Under the pieces are notes generated by a model that was given only the letters and a program-made list of their open reading frames with translations, searched no databases and was not told the origin of the DNA. 64,000 nt of DNA from the NCBI RefSeq assembly GCF_006345805.1, contig NC_043024.1:16678001-16742000 (forward strand), written 5' to 3'. This DNA comes from Octopus sinensis. Lineage: Eukaryota. The number at the start of each line of letters is the position of its first letter. Position 1 is the stretch's first letter. Below are positions 1 through 11,566 of this stretch, piece after piece. A program made the position numbers and the translations under genes.

Positions 1-133
1 CTGACAAAGAGCTCCTCTCAAAACGTTAAACCCTCCTTCTTCCCTTCCTTTCCTGAGCGTCCAATAACACGATACTTGTTCCACGTCCATGCATTGTTGT
101 GTTTTCTCTTTGTGTTTTCATGTTTGGATTAAC
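1..133 (+). mobile_element. Decayed PLE-type terminal fragment with hammerhead remnant
   Basis: ctgacaa-a-gag...ctc-aaaac-gtt at 1-27 is CUGACGA/GAG-CUC/GAAAC-GUH with both catalytic G lost by CpG-type changes; the stem I 5' arm is outside the window. Confidence 0.45.
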
Positions 134-959
134 AATATATGTATATATTTATATATATGTGCGTGTGTGTATATATATTATATATGCACGTATGCATGTG
201 TATGTGTGTATTTATGCATATATTTACATGTACAGATATTGATACCAATAGTGTATATATATGTACCTCCTCATACATATTCATATACATATGCACTAAC
301 TCATTTACTATATATATATGTTTTGATATTAACACCTGCTATATGTATATGCGTTTGTGTATATACATATGTATGTGTTTATTTATATATATATATATAT
401 ATATGCACACACAAACACACTTATATAGTTTTCAGTATGTAATTATCAATCTAACGAAGCTAATATATGGCATTAACGTGGTAATTATAGTTACAGCTTT
501 TATGAGGCCAGAACCTGGTGATGAAAGGGAATCAGAGAGGGGTAGGTGTGCAGGTCGGGGGCTAGATTAACCCTCCAACACTCTTGCATCAGATTGACTA
601 TAGGCAATGGTATAAGGAGGAGGAGGGGGGGAGGTTTTATCTTTCTTCTTTTGTTGGTTTACTTTAGAAGAAGGGCCTGTGCTGAAGGCCCTTACAGCTC
701 CTCTAGGAGAACACTAACCACACTGTTTTAAAAAGTAGCAAGCTGAAAGTTACAAGGATAAAAGGGACACGATGTTCAGGAGGGGAATGATTATGGATAG
801 TGGAGAGTGCTGTGCCTGATGCAAAATAGGGGTAGACATGATGATGGGAGGAGGGGTGCATGTTAAGTGGAAGCAGGAGGTATCTGAGTGTTGGTAGCCC
901 AACAGTGGCCATCCATCCTGTTCAAGCAGTATGTAGGACTTAGTGAGACAACAGCATTC

Positions 960-1355
960 TTTTATCTTTTTAATTTTTTTTTACCTGCATCAGTCATCAG
1001 ACTGTAGCCATGCTGGGGCACCGCCTTGAACAATTTTGATTGGACAAATTGACCCCAGAACTTTTTTAAAAAATCTTTTAAGCTTGGTACTCTTTCTGTC
1101 AGTCAATTTTGCTGAACTGCTAAGTTACAGGGATGTAAACACCAACACCAATTTTCAAGTGGTGGTTGTGAGGAAGAAACATTAACACACACACACACTG
1201 GGTCTTTCAGTTTCTGTCTTCCAAATCCATTCATAAGGCTTTGGTTAGTCTCAGACTATGGTAGGAGCACTTACCTAAGGTGCTATGCAGTGGGACTGAA
1301 CCCTGAATCATGTGGTTGGGAAGCAAGCTTCTTAACTCAGAGCCACTCCTATTCC
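960..1355 (-). mobile_element. tRNA-derived SINE, family A (diverged)
   Basis: Reverse complement matches the 1967-2368 copy (head, ccttgggcaag-like box, body). Confidence 0.7.
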
Positions 1356-1389
1356 TAGCATGTCTGTACTTCAGAGAGTGGAGTGTGAC

Positions 1390-1892
1390 AGTGAGTAACT
1401 TCATGTCTGTCAGTGAAGCCCACCAAATGGCTTATTAGATGAGTTTGTTATTGTGTAATGCACAGGAGATGGAAATTGCTCCATAGCCTTTGTAGAAACT
1501 ATCCTGAAGGAGTTGAATTAACCAGAGACAGTAAGGGGAAATAAACCCACAATGTGTCCCCTTATCCAGAAACTTCCTGGCACCCTGTCGGTTATGATGA
1601 TGAGGGTTCCAGTTGTTCCAATCAACGGAACAGCTTGCTCTTGAAATTAACATGCAAATGGCTGAACCCTTCACTGACACATGTACCCTTAATGTAGTTC
1701 TCGGGGAGATTCAGTGTGACACAGAATATGACAAGGCTGGCCCCTTTTGAAATACAGGTACAACTCATTTTCGCCAGCTAAGAGGACTAGAGCAACATGA
1801 GAAAAGGGTCTTCCTCAAGGACACAATGCGTCGCTGGGAATTGAACTCACAACCCTGCAATTGTGAGATTAATACCTTAACCATTAAGCCAT
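1390..1892 (-). mobile_element. tRNA-derived SINE, family D
   Basis: Minus strand has A-box tggcttaatgg and B-box gagttcaattcc, then tgtgtccttgag; related copies near 17170-17340, 26130-26400, 30470-30790 and 58690-59180. Confidence 0.65.
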
Positions 1893-1966
1893 GTGCCTTC
1901 ACCATCCTGGACCTATGTAAACCATTACATCCATTCTTTCTTCCAGAACATTAACCCCTTCCTTCT

Positions 1967-2368
1967 GGCGCAGGAGTGGCTGTGTGGTTAGTAGCTTGTT
2001 TACCAACCACATGGTTCCGGGTTCAGTCCCACTGCGTGGCACCTTGGGCAAGTGTCTTCTGCTATAGCCTCAGGTCGACCAAAGCCTTGTGAGTGGATTT
2101 GGTAGATGGAAACTGAAAGAAGACCGTCATATATATATATATATATGCGTGTGTGTGTTTGTGCATCTGTGTTTGTCCCCTTAGCATTGCTTGACAAGCG
2201 ATGCTGGTGTGTTTATGTCCCCATTACATAGCGGTTCGGCAAAAGAGATCGATAGAATAAGTACTGGGCTTACAAAAGAATAAGTCCCGGGGTCGAGTTG
2301 CTTGATTAAAGGTGGTGCTCCAGCATGGCCACAGTGAAATGACTGAAACAAGTAAAAGAGTAAAAGAG
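1967..2368 (+). mobile_element. tRNA-derived SINE, family A (near full length)
   Basis: ggcgcaggagtggctgtgtgg (A-box), gggttcagtccc (B-box), internal (TA)n/(TG)n, tail (gtaaaaga)n; at least 12 related copies in the window. Confidence 0.85.
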
Positions 2369-2804
2369 AGTATATACACGATGGTCTTCTTTCAGTTTCT
2401 GTCTACCAAATCCACTCACAAGGCTTTGGTTGGCCCAAAGCTATAGTAGAAGACACTTGCCCAAGGTGCCATGCAGTGGAACTGAACCCAGAACTATGTG
2501 GTTTGTAAGTAATTGCGCCAAATAATGTTTTTGCTGTTTATATCCAGGTTGGTTATGATTTAACCGGTTTATCATAGATGATGTTTCAACTGTAACCATT
2601 CTGTCATTTTCTTTTATCATTAATATAGTCTCAAAGATTTTCAATGCGTGTGTGTGTGTGTTCAACTTTTTTTAAAGACAGTAAGGTGTGATTTGAAAGG
2701 GATTTATCTACTATTATATATTTACTACAGATTGCTTGAAGCTAACTTTCTTCTTACACCTCGATCCATAGATCTTATACTGACATATAAATATATATGT
2801 GTGT

Positions 2805-3193
2805 GTATATATATATATATATAAAATTTGTTCTGTCTGTCTGTGTGTGTGTCTTCTAGGATCTCGGGCATCCTCCATCCGATTGCTCTCAAATTTGATA
2901 TGTAAATACCGACTGTGTCAGGGTGTGTATAAGTCTTGAAAAAATTACAAAAATCGATTCCATGTGAGAATGGGATCGATAAAGCCGTGGGAACGTGCAT
3001 TTGTAAAATCGTTTTTCTTGGAATAGAAAAAAAGTCTATCTTTATTTCTTCTTTTGCTGGTGTCTCAAATTTAGGTTAAATCAGTGTTTCTCAAAGGGGA
3101 GGCCTATGGGACAGTCGGACAAGTTGTTTTGAGAAAATTTGGTTTAAATGTTTGACAACTCAGCACCGTCCATTGGACGGGGGTGTCTTGCTC

Positions 3194-3194
<1 letters not shown>
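2805..3194 (+). mobile_element. Non-autonomous Helitron-like element
   Basis: 5' tatatataaaa + (tctg)n, subterminal hairpin ccgtcc-att-ggacgg (3166-3180), 3' end ctcg|t. Confidence 0.6.
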
Positions 3195-3229
<35 letters not shown>

Positions 3230-3267
3230 AGTGAATTGAAGAAATGGAGTTGAACGAAGATTGAACA

Positions 3268-3377
3268 GAATTCCTTTTATTGCATTCTACACATGTTTCA
3301 AAAGCCACAATTTTCCAAATTCTGATTAAATAAGGATACCATATTGTGGCTTTCTCTTCAGGAAAAAATAGGAATTC
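3268..3377 (-). ncRNA. Type I hammerhead ribozyme in PLE 3' region
   Basis: uuc-CUGAAGA-gaaagccacaau/auuguggcuuuu (12 bp)-GAAAC-augu-GUA-gaa; distal stem I gaauuccu/aggaauuc. Confidence 0.8.
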
Positions 3378-3932
3378 CGTTGGCAGAACAAAACAGAACA
3401 GAGGCGCAGCAAAGCAATTTGAACGAGGAGGCTCTTTAAGAGCCCATGGCTGAACTGATTATCAATGTGCGTTGAAGATATTTACAGGTCAGGCGGCGGT
3501 CAAATCCAGTAGGTGAGAGCAAGGGGTGTGGAGATGTTCTGTGTGACCAAAACTAAAATTCTGAATATTTTAAGAATACTGGGTTTTTTTGGGGTCGAGA
3601 CAAAAACTACCTAGAAGCATGTATGTGTGTACTGGCCTATGTGTGCGCGGCCGTATATTGGTAAAAGGCGCTACATAATGGTCACTGCTGAAAAATTCGT
3701 CAGGCGGCAGAAAATATTTTTTGTGTTCGTGTGTTCGTCTAGGCCTGCTTGTCAAAAAATTAACGTCGTCAAAGAATCCTAAGGGTATATAAAATTCCTG
3801 CGTTTGCTTCCAAAACAAACCACCATTCGCCTAATGGGAGTAATTTCCCCTTGCAAGGGTTATTCATATATTCCCTAAAAAGCTTTTTCAAAAATTATTT
3901 CCAAGGATTATTGGTGCTAATTATCTTAGGTA

Positions 3933-5591
3933 TCATTTATAAGCAAGATAAGTATAACGCCGCCAATGGGGACATCGAAAAGCCGACTGTAAAAGTCCAT
4001 TTACCAACCGGTCTCTGGCAAACAATATGTGGAAAAGCTCAGAGACACAAAAATTGCACTTCCTTCTGCCCCTATCAAATGGGAGGGCCACCGACAAAAT
4101 CGACCATTCCAGCCTGAAACCTGAGTTCGCGTTCTTCAAACTCCATATAAGCTTGCTAAGTCCCGTAGCTTGGTATTTATTCATGTCGTGAAAAGTTGCG
4201 AAATGGTTGGAAATTCGCAAGGCCAATTTTGACGATGAGGCCCCGACATACGAGTAGACATCTGAGTCCGTGTAAACCTTACATTGGTAAATGGCATTTC
4301 TGATCTTGGAGTTATTCGACAAGAACCTTATTCTATTGGGATTAGCTTCTGAAATTAGAACTGCGTTACTGTTACTATATTGATTGCGAGAACTGCGGCC
4401 GCTTACTACTTTATATTCCTCAAATTCACTATTAATTAACAGACTAACCCCTGAGTCTTCCCTATCACTGAGAGCGCTGTAATTGCTAGTATCCGTGGGC
4501 CTGCTATTGCCGAAGACGATGCTGGAGTTGCTATTAGGACTCTCTACATTAATGACCTGAGCTGCACTCACCTCACTATTGCCATTACTAACGTTAATGA
4601 CATCACCATTTCTTCTATCGCTACATCTAGTATTTAATCCCTGGTTGGTACTGAGATTATCAGTCACTGTACTGGCTCTATTATCATTATTACTACTATT
4701 ATTATTCCTACTGAGCGTTAAACTGGGAGCGGACGGAGCTGCGCCTCCGGACAAAGGTGGTAGGGTCTTAATAAGCAGCCTATTATTATGGGAGGCGATT
4801 ATCTGGGAAAGGTTTTTTGTGTTGGAGAAAGCTATCCTAACTTTATGCGAATTAACCGTGGAGTAATATTTGGAATCTCTGGGGAAGTTACTGGTGATGG
4901 CTTGTTGAAACAGGAGGGGAAGGTTAGTTCTAATCTGCTTACCAAAGGGAATTACAAACCATATATACTTATTCCTATTTATGTGATGGGTCGAGAAGCC
5001 AGCTCTAACATTAGGGTGGGTGATTATAGGATGAATAACGGGTTTTGGTTTAGTGTGAACTCCCCCGGACCGATAATTATCTTTGTTCCCTAAATTAAAT
5101 CCGGAAGTACCTGCTCTAACACTCCCCGCGCTCCCGTCACTACTTAAATTATTTATGTTATTATAGACGGCCCTATCCTGATGACCGAATGGTGGCATCA
5201 GAAGGGCTGGATCAATATATACTACCTTCTGCCTATAACCGGCTTTGGATAGTGCGGCGTTATAAAATTCCACTTTCTGCATAAAAATGTCGGCACTAGC
5301 GGACAAGTTAGACAATCTTAGAGAGATGTTTTTAACCAAATTGTCTGTTACGGTTTTGGCATGATTGGAGAAGACACTGACATACTTCAAATTAGTGGAA
5401 GGCTTATGGTAAGGGCAGTATGAATCGCTATGGAGGTTTAGTGTAACGTCTAGGAAATTAGCCTTGGTGAGTTCATTATCAAAAACTATATTCATGCCCA
5501 TTCTATTAAAGAACCTAGCTAACCTATTCTTAGTTTTCTGTACGATTCTGTTCGTGGTGTTTTGCAGGTAAAACAGACAATCGTCCCGATA
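3933..5591 (-). CDS. PLE RT (motif YxDD onward, thumb) - linker - GIY-YIG endonuclease; 5'-truncated
   Basis: Open frame from YRDD to stop at 3933. EN at 3933-4295 (AIYQCKV..YVG, R..NH, CNFC..CPH). The first ~50 aa of the tracked ORF are microsatellite/flank, not element. Confidence 0.85.
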   Translation of the reverse strand, partial: YRDDCLFYLQNTTNRIVQKTKNRLARFFNRMGMNIVFDNELTKANFLDVTLNLHSDSYCPYHKPSTNLKYVSVFSNHAKTVTDNLVKNISLRLSNLSASADIFMQKVEFYNAALSKAGYRQKVVYIDPALLMPPFGHQDRAVYNNINNLSSDGSAGSVRAGTSGFNLGNKDNYRSGGVHTKPKPVIHPIITHPNVRAGFSTHHINRNKYIWFVIPFGKQIRTNLPLLFQQAITSNFPRDSKYYSTVNSHKVRIAFSNTKNLSQIIASHNNRLLIKTLPPLSGGAAPSAPSLTLSRNNNSSNNDNRASTVTDNLSTNQGLNTRCSDRRNGDVINVSNGNSEVSAAQVINVESPNSNSSIVFGNSRPTDTSNYSALSDREDSGVSLLINSEFEEYKVVSGRSSRNQYSNSNAVLISEANPNRIRFLSNNSKIRNAIYQCKVYTDSDVYSYVGASSSKLALRISNHFATFHDMNKYQATGLSKLIWSLKNANSGFRLEWSILSVALPFDRGRRKCNFCVSELFHILFARDRLVNGLLQSAFRCPHWRRYTYLAYK

Positions 5592-5785
5592 TATATATAT
5601 ATATATATATATATATCTATATATATATATATATATAAGCATAAATGAAGGTGAGTTTTTAAAAATCTGTCCAACTTCACTGAAATGGATAGTTAACTCT
5701 GGGACATATACACATACACATGTGTGCATGCATCTACCCATGTCTTGACATCATGTAATGGTTGTGAACTAGCACCACTATCATC

Positions 5786-6851
5786 CAGGGTGTCCCAGAG
5801 TTAACTATCCATTTCAGTGAAGTTGGACAGTTTTTTTTAAAACTCACTTTCATTTATGCTTATCATGTCTAATATGTTAAAAGTGCATAAATTTTGAATT
5901 TTGTCTATAATTTCATAATTTTTTATAATTTGTTTTATAATTATATTTTCATTCCTATGAAATCCTTCTTCTCTGTCCACAACAGATTTCCTTGTTCAAT
6001 TTGACTTCAATCATTTTCTCTACCTTGAGGATTAAGATGGAGCAATAGTTTAGCTGAACTTCAGAACACATTCAGTTAGCAGTGCAGAAGATAACTTCTG
6101 AAATGCTTGAAAATGTGTTTTGCAGCCCTAAGGCAAGATCTGAAGTTTGCAGGAAAACAGACGGAGCACATGTTGAAAATTTGCAATAAAGTTTTGGCTT
6201 AATATTTATAAATTTATTTGTTTTAGTATCATAATTAAGTTACAAACATAAAATTCTGTCAGTTTTGTAAAACTTTTTCCGATTTCATTGAATTAAAATC
6301 AGGGCTTGCCAAAAGGGGTATGAGGGATTTCCTAAGGGTTGGTGAGGAATTACAGGGGGTCGATGATAGCCAAGGGTCAAATGGAGGTTGGTATGTGAAA
6401 GACCAGTTCACCCATATGAACTGCTTGAAATACTCAGTCAGTGCCATGAAATGTAGAAAAACAGGATGCATTTTTCACATTTTCTAACCATGAAAACAAT
6501 TTCATAAAAATTGAAAGTTTAATGCTGTTTCCTCGTACATGTATTTTTGAACATACAAAAGTGTGTCATCTTCAATAGAATTTCTTGATTTGTCGTACAT
6601 ATATGTTTTAGCTAACATTTTAATTGCTAGCATCAGTACCTGGTACAAGATATGGTCCGGTAAGGTAGGGTGTTAAGATATTTTAAATGAGGAGGGTGGT
6701 CGATGTGGAAGGTGAAGTGGTTAAAGGGGATTAATGTGGAAGGAGAATTGGCTAAAGAGGGTCGATACAAAAGGAAAAGTGGCTAAAAGGGATCGATGGT
6801 TGAGAAAGTTTGGCGACCCCTGAAATAGATAATTAATTCTGGGACACCCTG
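5786..6851. mobile_element. Tc1/mariner-type non-autonomous element
   Basis: Terminal inverted repeats cagggtgtcccag / ctgggacaccctg followed by TA. Confidence 0.65.
6300..6822 (+). mobile_element. hAT-type MITE nested in the mariner element
   Basis: TIRs cagggcttgccaaa / tttggcgacccctg; homologous to 41864-42359. Confidence 0.7.
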
Positions 6852-7046
6852 TATAAGCAATGTTGTTTCCAATTTTCCATGGAAAGCATGTTTAGTTATG
6901 GGAAAAATTTACTTTGTTCGGAAACAGGTAAGGATTAGTGACTGGAGGGTAAATGGCAATAGAAAATCTGCCTCGACAAATTCCGTCAGACTCTTGCAAA
7001 TTTAGAAAAGTGGACATCAGGTGATGGTGATATATATATATAAAAA

Positions 7047-7250
7047 GGCAGTGAGCTGGCAGAATTGTTGGCACGCTGGACGAAATGCTTAACAATAATT
7101 CGCCCACCACTACGTTTTGAGTTCAAATTCTGACTTAGCTTTTCATCTTTTCAAGGTCAATTAAATAAGTACTAATTATGCAATGGGGTCGATGTAATCG
7201 ACTTAATCCCTTCTCCCAAATCTGAGACCTTGTGCTTCCAGTAGAAAGGA
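7047..7250 (+). mobile_element. tRNA-derived SINE, family B (central block resembles the Meta-SINE domain)
   Basis: aggcagtgagctggcagaa head, gagttcaaattc B-box, tttcatc..ggtc..taaataagtac block; at least 12 related copies. Confidence 0.65.
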
Positions 7251-7934
7251 TATAGGTATATGAATACACACACACACTGTGTGGCACTTTGGGCAAGTAT
7301 CTTCTACTGTAGCCCTGGGCCGACCAAAGCCTTGTGGGTGGATTTGGTAGACGGAAACTGAAAGATGCCCATCATATACATACACACTCACACACACTTA
7401 TGTATGTGTGTGTGTGTGTGTGTGGGTGTGTGCATGCATGCATGTCTGTGCCCATGTCTGTGCCCATGTGTCTGTGTTTGTCCCCCACCACTATTTCACA
7501 ACTGGTGTGGGTGTGTTTACATTACCTTAATCTAGCAGTTCAGCAAAAGACACTGATAGACTAAGTATCATGCTTTAAAAGTAAAAAAAAGAGTACTAGT
7601 GTCAATATACGAGACTAAAAACACTTCAAAATGGTGCTCCAGCATGGCCATAGTCTAATGACTGAAACAAAAGATAAAAGATATACATATGGGTGTGTGT
7701 GTGTGTGTATATATAATAACAAAGGGTAAAATTAATTAATTAAGAAGTAATCGTTAATTTCACCAAGTAGAATTCGGCATGAAAAAGACCATTTCATGGT
7801 AAGATTAAGTAATACTTTATAATTAGGGTTCAGCAACGATTTAAAAGTAGAAGGAATAGCTAAGATCTTTTGACTGCTAGTTCTAAACGTCGGTATGTGG
7901 TGAAGCAAATCGTTGCTGAACCCTATTTATAAAG

Positions 7935-7979
<45 letters not shown>

Positions 7980-8005
7980 AATAAAGTTCGATAAGGTCTA
8001 TTCAT

Positions 8006-8066
8006 GAGATTACCCTGGGTTTCCCGTCCATAAAGCCCTTACCTTCACATCATATCATCAGATCCC
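8006..8066 (-). ncRNA. Hammerhead motif, proximal stem II disrupted
   Basis: gggau-CUGAUGA-...-GAAAC-ccagg-GUA-aucuc; stems I and III pair, proximal stem II does not. Confidence 0.6.
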
Positions 8067-8511
8067 AAAACCTGTTCCCTTAATGCCTCTCCAGTGAGTG
8101 GCCTCTCTAGGATATGGAGGAGAAAAGGACCTCACAAGTCAGTGCCAACAACGGGGGATTCTCCCTTTGGCTCTTGAATGCAAATGACCCATATCTAACT
8201 TCCTTTATATTATACACTGCTCCATAACTTAGAGTGTGCTTCTTTTTTGGAAAGATGCCCATCATATCTTTTTCGGAAAGATGCCCATCATATCTTTTTC
8301 GGAAAGATGCCCATCATATACGTACACACTCACACACACTTATGTATGTGTGTGTGTGTGTGTGTGGGTGTGTGCATGCATGCATGTGTCTGTGCCCATG
8401 TGTCTGTGCCTATGTGTGTATGTATCCATATATATATTTGTATGTATGCATATGTGTATTTATGTTTATATGCATGCATATATATATATATGTATCCATA
8501 TATATATTTAG

Positions 8512-8564
<53 letters not shown>

Positions 8565-8659
8565 AGTTGTATATGTGCATACATATATATGTGTATATAT
8601 ATAAGTGGATGAATGAATTATCCTTTGTTTACCGTTAACATGCAAAATTCATATATATA

Positions 8660-8860
8660 TATATAATATGTATGTATGTTATGTATGTATATGTATGTAT
8701 ATGTATGTATGTATATGTATGTATATGTATGTGTATGTATATGTATATGTATGTATATAGTATGTATATATATGTATGTATATGTATGTATATATATGTA
8801 TATGTATGTATGTATGTATATGTATGTATATGTATGTATGTATATGTATGTATATGTATG

Positions 8861-8891
<31 letters not shown>

Positions 8892-9270
8892 GTATATGTA
8901 TGTATATGTATATGTATGTATGTATATGTATGTATATATATGTATGTATATGTATGTATGTATGTATATGTATGTATGTATATGTATGTGTGTGTGTGTG
9001 TGTATGTATGTGTATATGTATGTATGTATGTGTATATGTATGTATGTATGTGTATATGTATGTATATATATGTATATATATGTATGTATATGTATGTATA
9101 TATATGTATGTATATGTATGTATATATATGTATGTATATGTATGTATATATATGTATGTATATGTATGTATATGTATATATGTATGTATATGTATGTAAT
9201 GTATATATGTATGTATATATGTATGTATTTGTGTGTATATTTGTATAGATGTATATGTGTGTGTGTGTGT
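8660..9270. repeat. (TATG/TA)n compound microsatellite
   Basis: Directly visible; source of several spurious ORFs. Confidence 0.95.
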
Positions 9271-10046
9271 ATACATACAGAGGCACACATAGCATTGAAC
9301 TGGCTTTGGGGCTTGTTTTTCCCTTTGGCATTTACATTGGAAAATTAACACATTAATAACAGCCGATATTTAAAAAGAATATTTATTTAGCAGAGGCGAA
9401 GGGTGAGGGGGGAAAACGAAAAGAGAGAAGAGAAACGATACAACTGGAAACAGGAGTGGGAGGGTCGATGTCTGTGGCCTTTGGAAACCCCATTCCATTA
9501 GTCTATTGACATTATATATGGTAGATTGAAACCTGTTGAAGCCTGTTGATGCAGAAAGATAATTGCTGAAGGCTGCACTTCTGTTGAGAAGGCGAGATTA
9601 AGAGAGGATCATTTAATACAAGTGATCAGAGGTGGTGTGTGTGTGTGTGTACATATATATATGAATATACACACACACGTATATATATACACACACGTAT
9701 ATATATATATATATGTACACACACGCACACATATATTATACATATGTATATATACATATATATATATATTTGTATGTATGCATATGTGTATTTATGTTTA
9801 TATGCATGCATATATATATATATATGTATCCATATATATATTTAGATATGTGTATATATATATATATAGATATATGTATGTATATATATATGTATGTATA
9901 TATATATATATATGCTCTGCATGTATATGTATGTATATATATACATACATGCATATATATATATGCTCTGCATGTATATGTATATCTATCTATCTCTCTC
10001 TCTCTCTCTCTCTGTATATATATATATATATATATATAATTCTGTG

Positions 10047-10078
<32 letters not shown>

Positions 10079-10329
10079 ACAGAATGCATATGCGTATATG
10101 TGTGTGTATATACACACATCTATGTTTGTATGTACATAAATACGTGTTTGTATACACACCCAGAAGTCGAATTAGCTTGCATACGATATATAAACAGCAG
10201 CATTTTTACTTTGTATTTTTGTTTTATATATTTTTAATGCTACCTTTGCTCTTTTTTTATTATTTCTGTTTTGAATATGTTTTACTGTAGATATATTGGT
10301 TTATAAATATTATGTTCTGAAATGGCACC

Positions 10330-10540
10330 ATATAATGGTAATTCTGTTCAATTGTCTGGACATACGTAGAGAAATTGCATGTGATGGCATATGCATCTTG
10401 TAGTGTGGAAGACAAGACATTAGGCCAGCTATTCTGGACTTCCTGAACCATGATAGTTTGTAGAGTTGGTTGGAATGATATATATGGTATTGGGATGTGA
10501 GTAAGGCTGTGGTGAGGGTTTGGGCAATGTGAGGGAGAAT
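10330..10540 (-). pseudogene. Possible decayed PLE GIY-YIG fragment (Neptune-like)
   Basis: SSTLQDAYAITCNFSTYVQT resembles xSSNxIYxIxCxxC..YIGQT. Confidence 0.3.
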
Positions 10541-11504
10541 TATCAGAAGAGAGAGATCAGATGTACTCCAAGCAACTCAGCTGAGCTTGGTTGTTGGCCA
10601 GTTTATATTAATTCTGTGTATGTGTGTGTGTGTGTGCATACATGTATGAGTGTGACTGTGTTTGTATATGTATGTGTGTATGTCAACACATAAGCACACA
10701 CACACAAATATCAATTTTTTCATATTCTTACATCCGTTTTTTTCCTTACTATCAAGAATGAGACAAATATTATTTAGAACCAGATACCTTTCCTGTTGCT
10801 TACCCTTGTCTGTTTTACAAGTAAAGAATCTCATAATTCACCTGACTTTGAAAATAAAGTCAGAAGATGATGTGTTGCAATCTGATAAAATTTTCCATGA
10901 ATTTATTGCCAATTATTCACTGTCCTGTTGCTGTCATTTATATGCCTCTTGCATATTTTCCCCATTTTTATTCTTGTTTTTTCCCCCTCTCACTGTAACA
11001 TTCTCCATATTTTCCACTCTTAGCCCCTCTCACTTTCATTCTCTCTCTCTCCTCCTCATCATCACTGTTGCTCCTGCTTTTCCTATCTACCTATTTTCTC
11101 ATCCATATTTCCTATGAACCCCATACCAACCTAATACAACAGTTTTTCTCCCTTTATCGATCAGGTTGTAATTGGACATAAGTCCTGATTTTGGTTTCCA
11201 TCTGTGCTAGAATCCCTTCTATTTGTCAAACGACAAAATCTCTTTTATGTTAAGTCATAATACTCTGTATTTGTTTGTCTGTATTGTTTTGTTTGAGTTG
11301 TAATTTTGTGTTTTAAGTAGCAAGACTGTCACGTTGTGTCTTCAACCCTATCAATTATTTATAATGACTAGTGCCAACCAGAGGAGTGGTCCCATGTTTT
11401 CTAGTATTGAAACCATTATGTTTCCTAATAACACAGCTGACAAGGGAATTTCGTACATGTTTATTGACTATTTCATTAATTGTCATCCATGACATCTCAC
11501 TTCC

Positions 11505-11554
<50 letters not shown>

Positions 11555-11566
11555 ATATATATATAC

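Larger units (their letters stand above)
3225..5591 (-). mobile_element. 5'-truncated Penelope-like retroelement (RT + C-terminal GIY-YIG, ~700-bp 3' region with HHR)
   Basis: ORF with YRDD, FLDVTLNL, YHKP, SNH and AIY..YVG motifs; (TA)n on both sides (3195-3222 and 5590-5636). Confidence 0.9.

Noticed and set aside
447-480. aat-ctaacga-agc..ggc-attaac-gtggta-att hammerhead-like shape
   Set aside because: Both core boxes are mutated; too degenerate to call
3690-3705. CUGACGA on the minus strand in the PLE 3' region
   Set aside because: No stem II, GAAA or stem III follows
7814-7936. 30-bp inverted repeat enclosing gaatagc..gctagttc-taaacgtc
   Set aside because: The IR is real and may be a PLE remnant, but the CUGA box is missing, so it is not counted as a ribozyme
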